NCBI GenBank assembly: GCA_040954595.2
Contig: CM082577.2
Coordinates: 13,833,903-13,897,902 of the forward strand
Length of the DNA stretch: 64,000 bases
Origin: Balanoglossus misakiensis
Lineage: Eukaryota; Animalia; Hemichordata
Reading direction: 5' to 3'
Part shown: positions 61,420 to 64,000 of the stretch, in pieces
How positions within the stretch are numbered: position 1 is the first letter of the stretch
Layout: every line of letters begins with the position of its first letter
Translations under genes and position numbers: made by a program
The notes under the pieces: generated by a model
What the model was told of the DNA's origin: nothing
What the model saw: the letters and a program-made list of their open reading frames with translations, nothing else
Database searches by the model: none

Positions 61420-64000
61420 TCTTGAGCGCCCCATCCTGCAATTCGGGGTCAAGCGCATAATATGATAGAGGTCACGGTAAGAATCGAGCGACGAGTGTCG
61501 GTGCTTCGACCTGAAGTAATATTTATATTGATTTATCGTGTCTTCAACTGGAGTCATATCGTTTGAGCTGAATCAAGGAGTCATGGTCGAAGCAATGATG
61601 AGACAGGTACACTACAGTTTTCAGCCACGATATGATTGATGTGCCATCCACGTCTAACCCAAATGCAGCTGCAGAACCGCGTAGCTCGAAGTTTTGCCTG
61701 GTAAAGTGTAGTATACAATGTGTTACATGTATTGACGGCAAAATCAGACGCCGTCCACACACACAATTCCAGGTAAAAAACTCGAGCTGCGGTTCTGCTG
61801 CTTCATGCCAGCCAAAGGCCGGGGCCCAAGTAAGGGAGAGGGGGGGGGGGGGGGTGTCTCTGAATCCGCATGCATGAGAAAAACTCTATAGACAGTGAGT
61901 AATATAATGGCGTAGTATGCCTGATATATGGATATTGGGGTTGGCCCTGCAATAAACATCCCACATCTTTCTATGTTTCTCATTGTGTTGACCAATAAGG
62001 CGTGTTCACACCTTTGGTTATCATCCAGCAAACAGGCAGGCATGGTTTGGCATGTGCCTGGTGAAACACCTCTCCAGGCCATCAATAATGATCGCTCCCT
62101 TAGACAGCTTCAGGTTGTGATTATAATGATTGGCATGTAATTCCTTGTATAACCAGTAAACAAGTACAATTTAATTACTGTCTCAGACTTGGGACAATTT
62201 ACACGGGCCTATCAATATTCAAATTGCAAGTAAGCTTATATGAAAACGAGGAAACACACCTGGTATTTGAACTAGTGAATTTGGTATTTATCATCCTTGA
62301 CGTCATTTCATTATTTTTTTAGATATGTGGGAATATTATTCCGCAAAATACAGAACAATCCGGCTGGAACGAAAGGAGGAAAGTTATAAGGTATGTTAAT
62401 TTTGAAATGCAATTTAGAATTTACAATCAAATATGGGATTTCAGTTTTGGGTTTATAAGTTGGTATTTGTTTATTTGTGAATACAATATTACCAAGAATT
62501 CTGATCAGTCCTTCGGCTTTTTGGTGAGAACTCTTCTTCTGGTAGTAATTCTGTAACAGATTTGACATTTTACCGCTCTACAGGTGAAAATAACTAGAAG
62601 GAAGGGGTTGCTCACTTGTTTGAATTTTGTTGTCTGTATTATGCTGAGCAATGTCTCCAAAATTCTTTTAGTTTGTAAGGTAAATGTATATTAATGTGTA
62701 TGAGAGCTATGATCTGAAACCAAATAAGTCATTCATCTTTGAATGCGTTAACAGTTGGTGATAATGACAATGGCCATCTGACATAGAAAAATGATGCCAA
62801 TGAATGGTACGGGTAACATGTCGCTAAATGGTTGGCTGGCCAAATCCCATGAGTGGAGGTGACCAGCTCTGCCAGTCAGAATTAAAGGGACAAAGTCTCT
62901 CTTTATTGAGCGTTTTTTCATGAATTTACTTTAATATGAAAAGCTGTTTCTGTTGTTTGACAACTTGAAACAAGCTGAAATGTGTGTTCTGGTGAAGTGT
63001 ACTCTACTTGCAGACAGACAAGACTGAACATTCAGTAAAACAGTTTATGGACTTGGTGTATTCCAACATATTCACTGCTGAGTCCACTTTTGTCCATGTA
63101 AACTTAACTGCACAGCAATGCTGCATAATGTCTGTCAAAACTGTGTAACATTATTTCTTCATGTGCCGCGGTTTTTGTTGTGCACTGTTGACTGTGTTAG
63201 ATTAAGGCTTTGGGAATGGAAGTTGTTGCATCATTAGATTTGATCAAAATGCTTTTGGGGGAGAGAACTGCCAACACTCTCTAGAACAATGCTGATAAGA
63301 CTTGTAGCAACCAGCAAATCAGCCAGCATTTTTCTAAATTGGGCTGAAAACTGATTCCTTGAATGGCCATAATGTCATGTCATGTGACCCAGTATACATA
63401 ATGGTTTTGTACTATGCACCACCCTGTTCCCCCCTTATCATTTCTTCAAAATAAAAACTTTGAGCATTTAGGACTTTGATGATTGACACCATGCTGCATT
63501 GCCTGGAAGCATCTTTTATAATCCTTAATGAATAATTTGTCCAAATTCATTCACAGAGAATTAGGTGTAGGAAATTTTCCCAGCGACAGTTGGAAGCAAG
63601 GGACAAAACTGTGACAGCGTTGCGATGCATGGTAAGTGATTTACAACAATTGTAGATAACCTGAAAATGAAGTGTCTTTTCATATCTGTAACCCAGAAAA
63701 AGCCAAACACATTTTGTTCACACATGTCACAAGGACCATGTGCTGTTAAAGCTTGCATATGAATATCCACTTTTTATCTCTACTTGGAGCTTGTTGATCA
63801 CCAGTGGGTGGAGTGTCTGTCCTCCTATGTCTGTCATCCTGCATACAGAGGTTCCGTTCGAATTTATTTTCCTTTGCGTACTTCAATATGCATTCAGAAT
63901 TTACTTTGCATAAATGTTAACAAAATTGCGTAGGCAAATTGAAAGCCTGAATATATAGAACACCGTAGCGGTACATTACTGCAAAGTTTTATCTCTCAAT

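Noticed and set aside
61880-63370. Possible minus-strand exons (e.g. 62492-62577) or decayed coding sequence
   Set aside because: Could not assemble a consistent reading frame or recognise a family; may belong to something beyond the window.

Overview
Eukaryotic, AT-rich, intron-rich animal genomic DNA. Gene content and repeat landscape suggest a marine invertebrate deuterostome (inference only). Most of the six-frame ORF track is noise. Splicing GT-AG exons by hand gives six genes: (1) an unrecognised 168-aa protein with an N-terminal LIR-like motif, coiled coil, two TM helices and an acidic tail (+, 126-2122); (2) TMEM175 lysosomal K+/H+ channel (-, 16 or more exons); (3) WDR45B/WIPI3 (-, 10 exons, 344 aa); (4) mitochondrial ECHS1 (+, 6 exons, 301 aa), head-to-head with WDR45B; (5) an OSTalpha/SLC51A-like transporter (-, 7 coding exons, 412 aa); (6) a DNase II/plancitoxin-like nuclease (+, 7 exons, 390 aa) with an NLS-like motif in its linker, followed by an orphan duplicate of its promoter and start codon. 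Introns and spacers are full of non-autonomous DNA elements (Kolobok-, piggyBac-, Tc1/mariner-, AcademH/MULE-, P-, Crypton- and Helentron-like), some nested. No rRNA, tRNA or CRISPR array seen.
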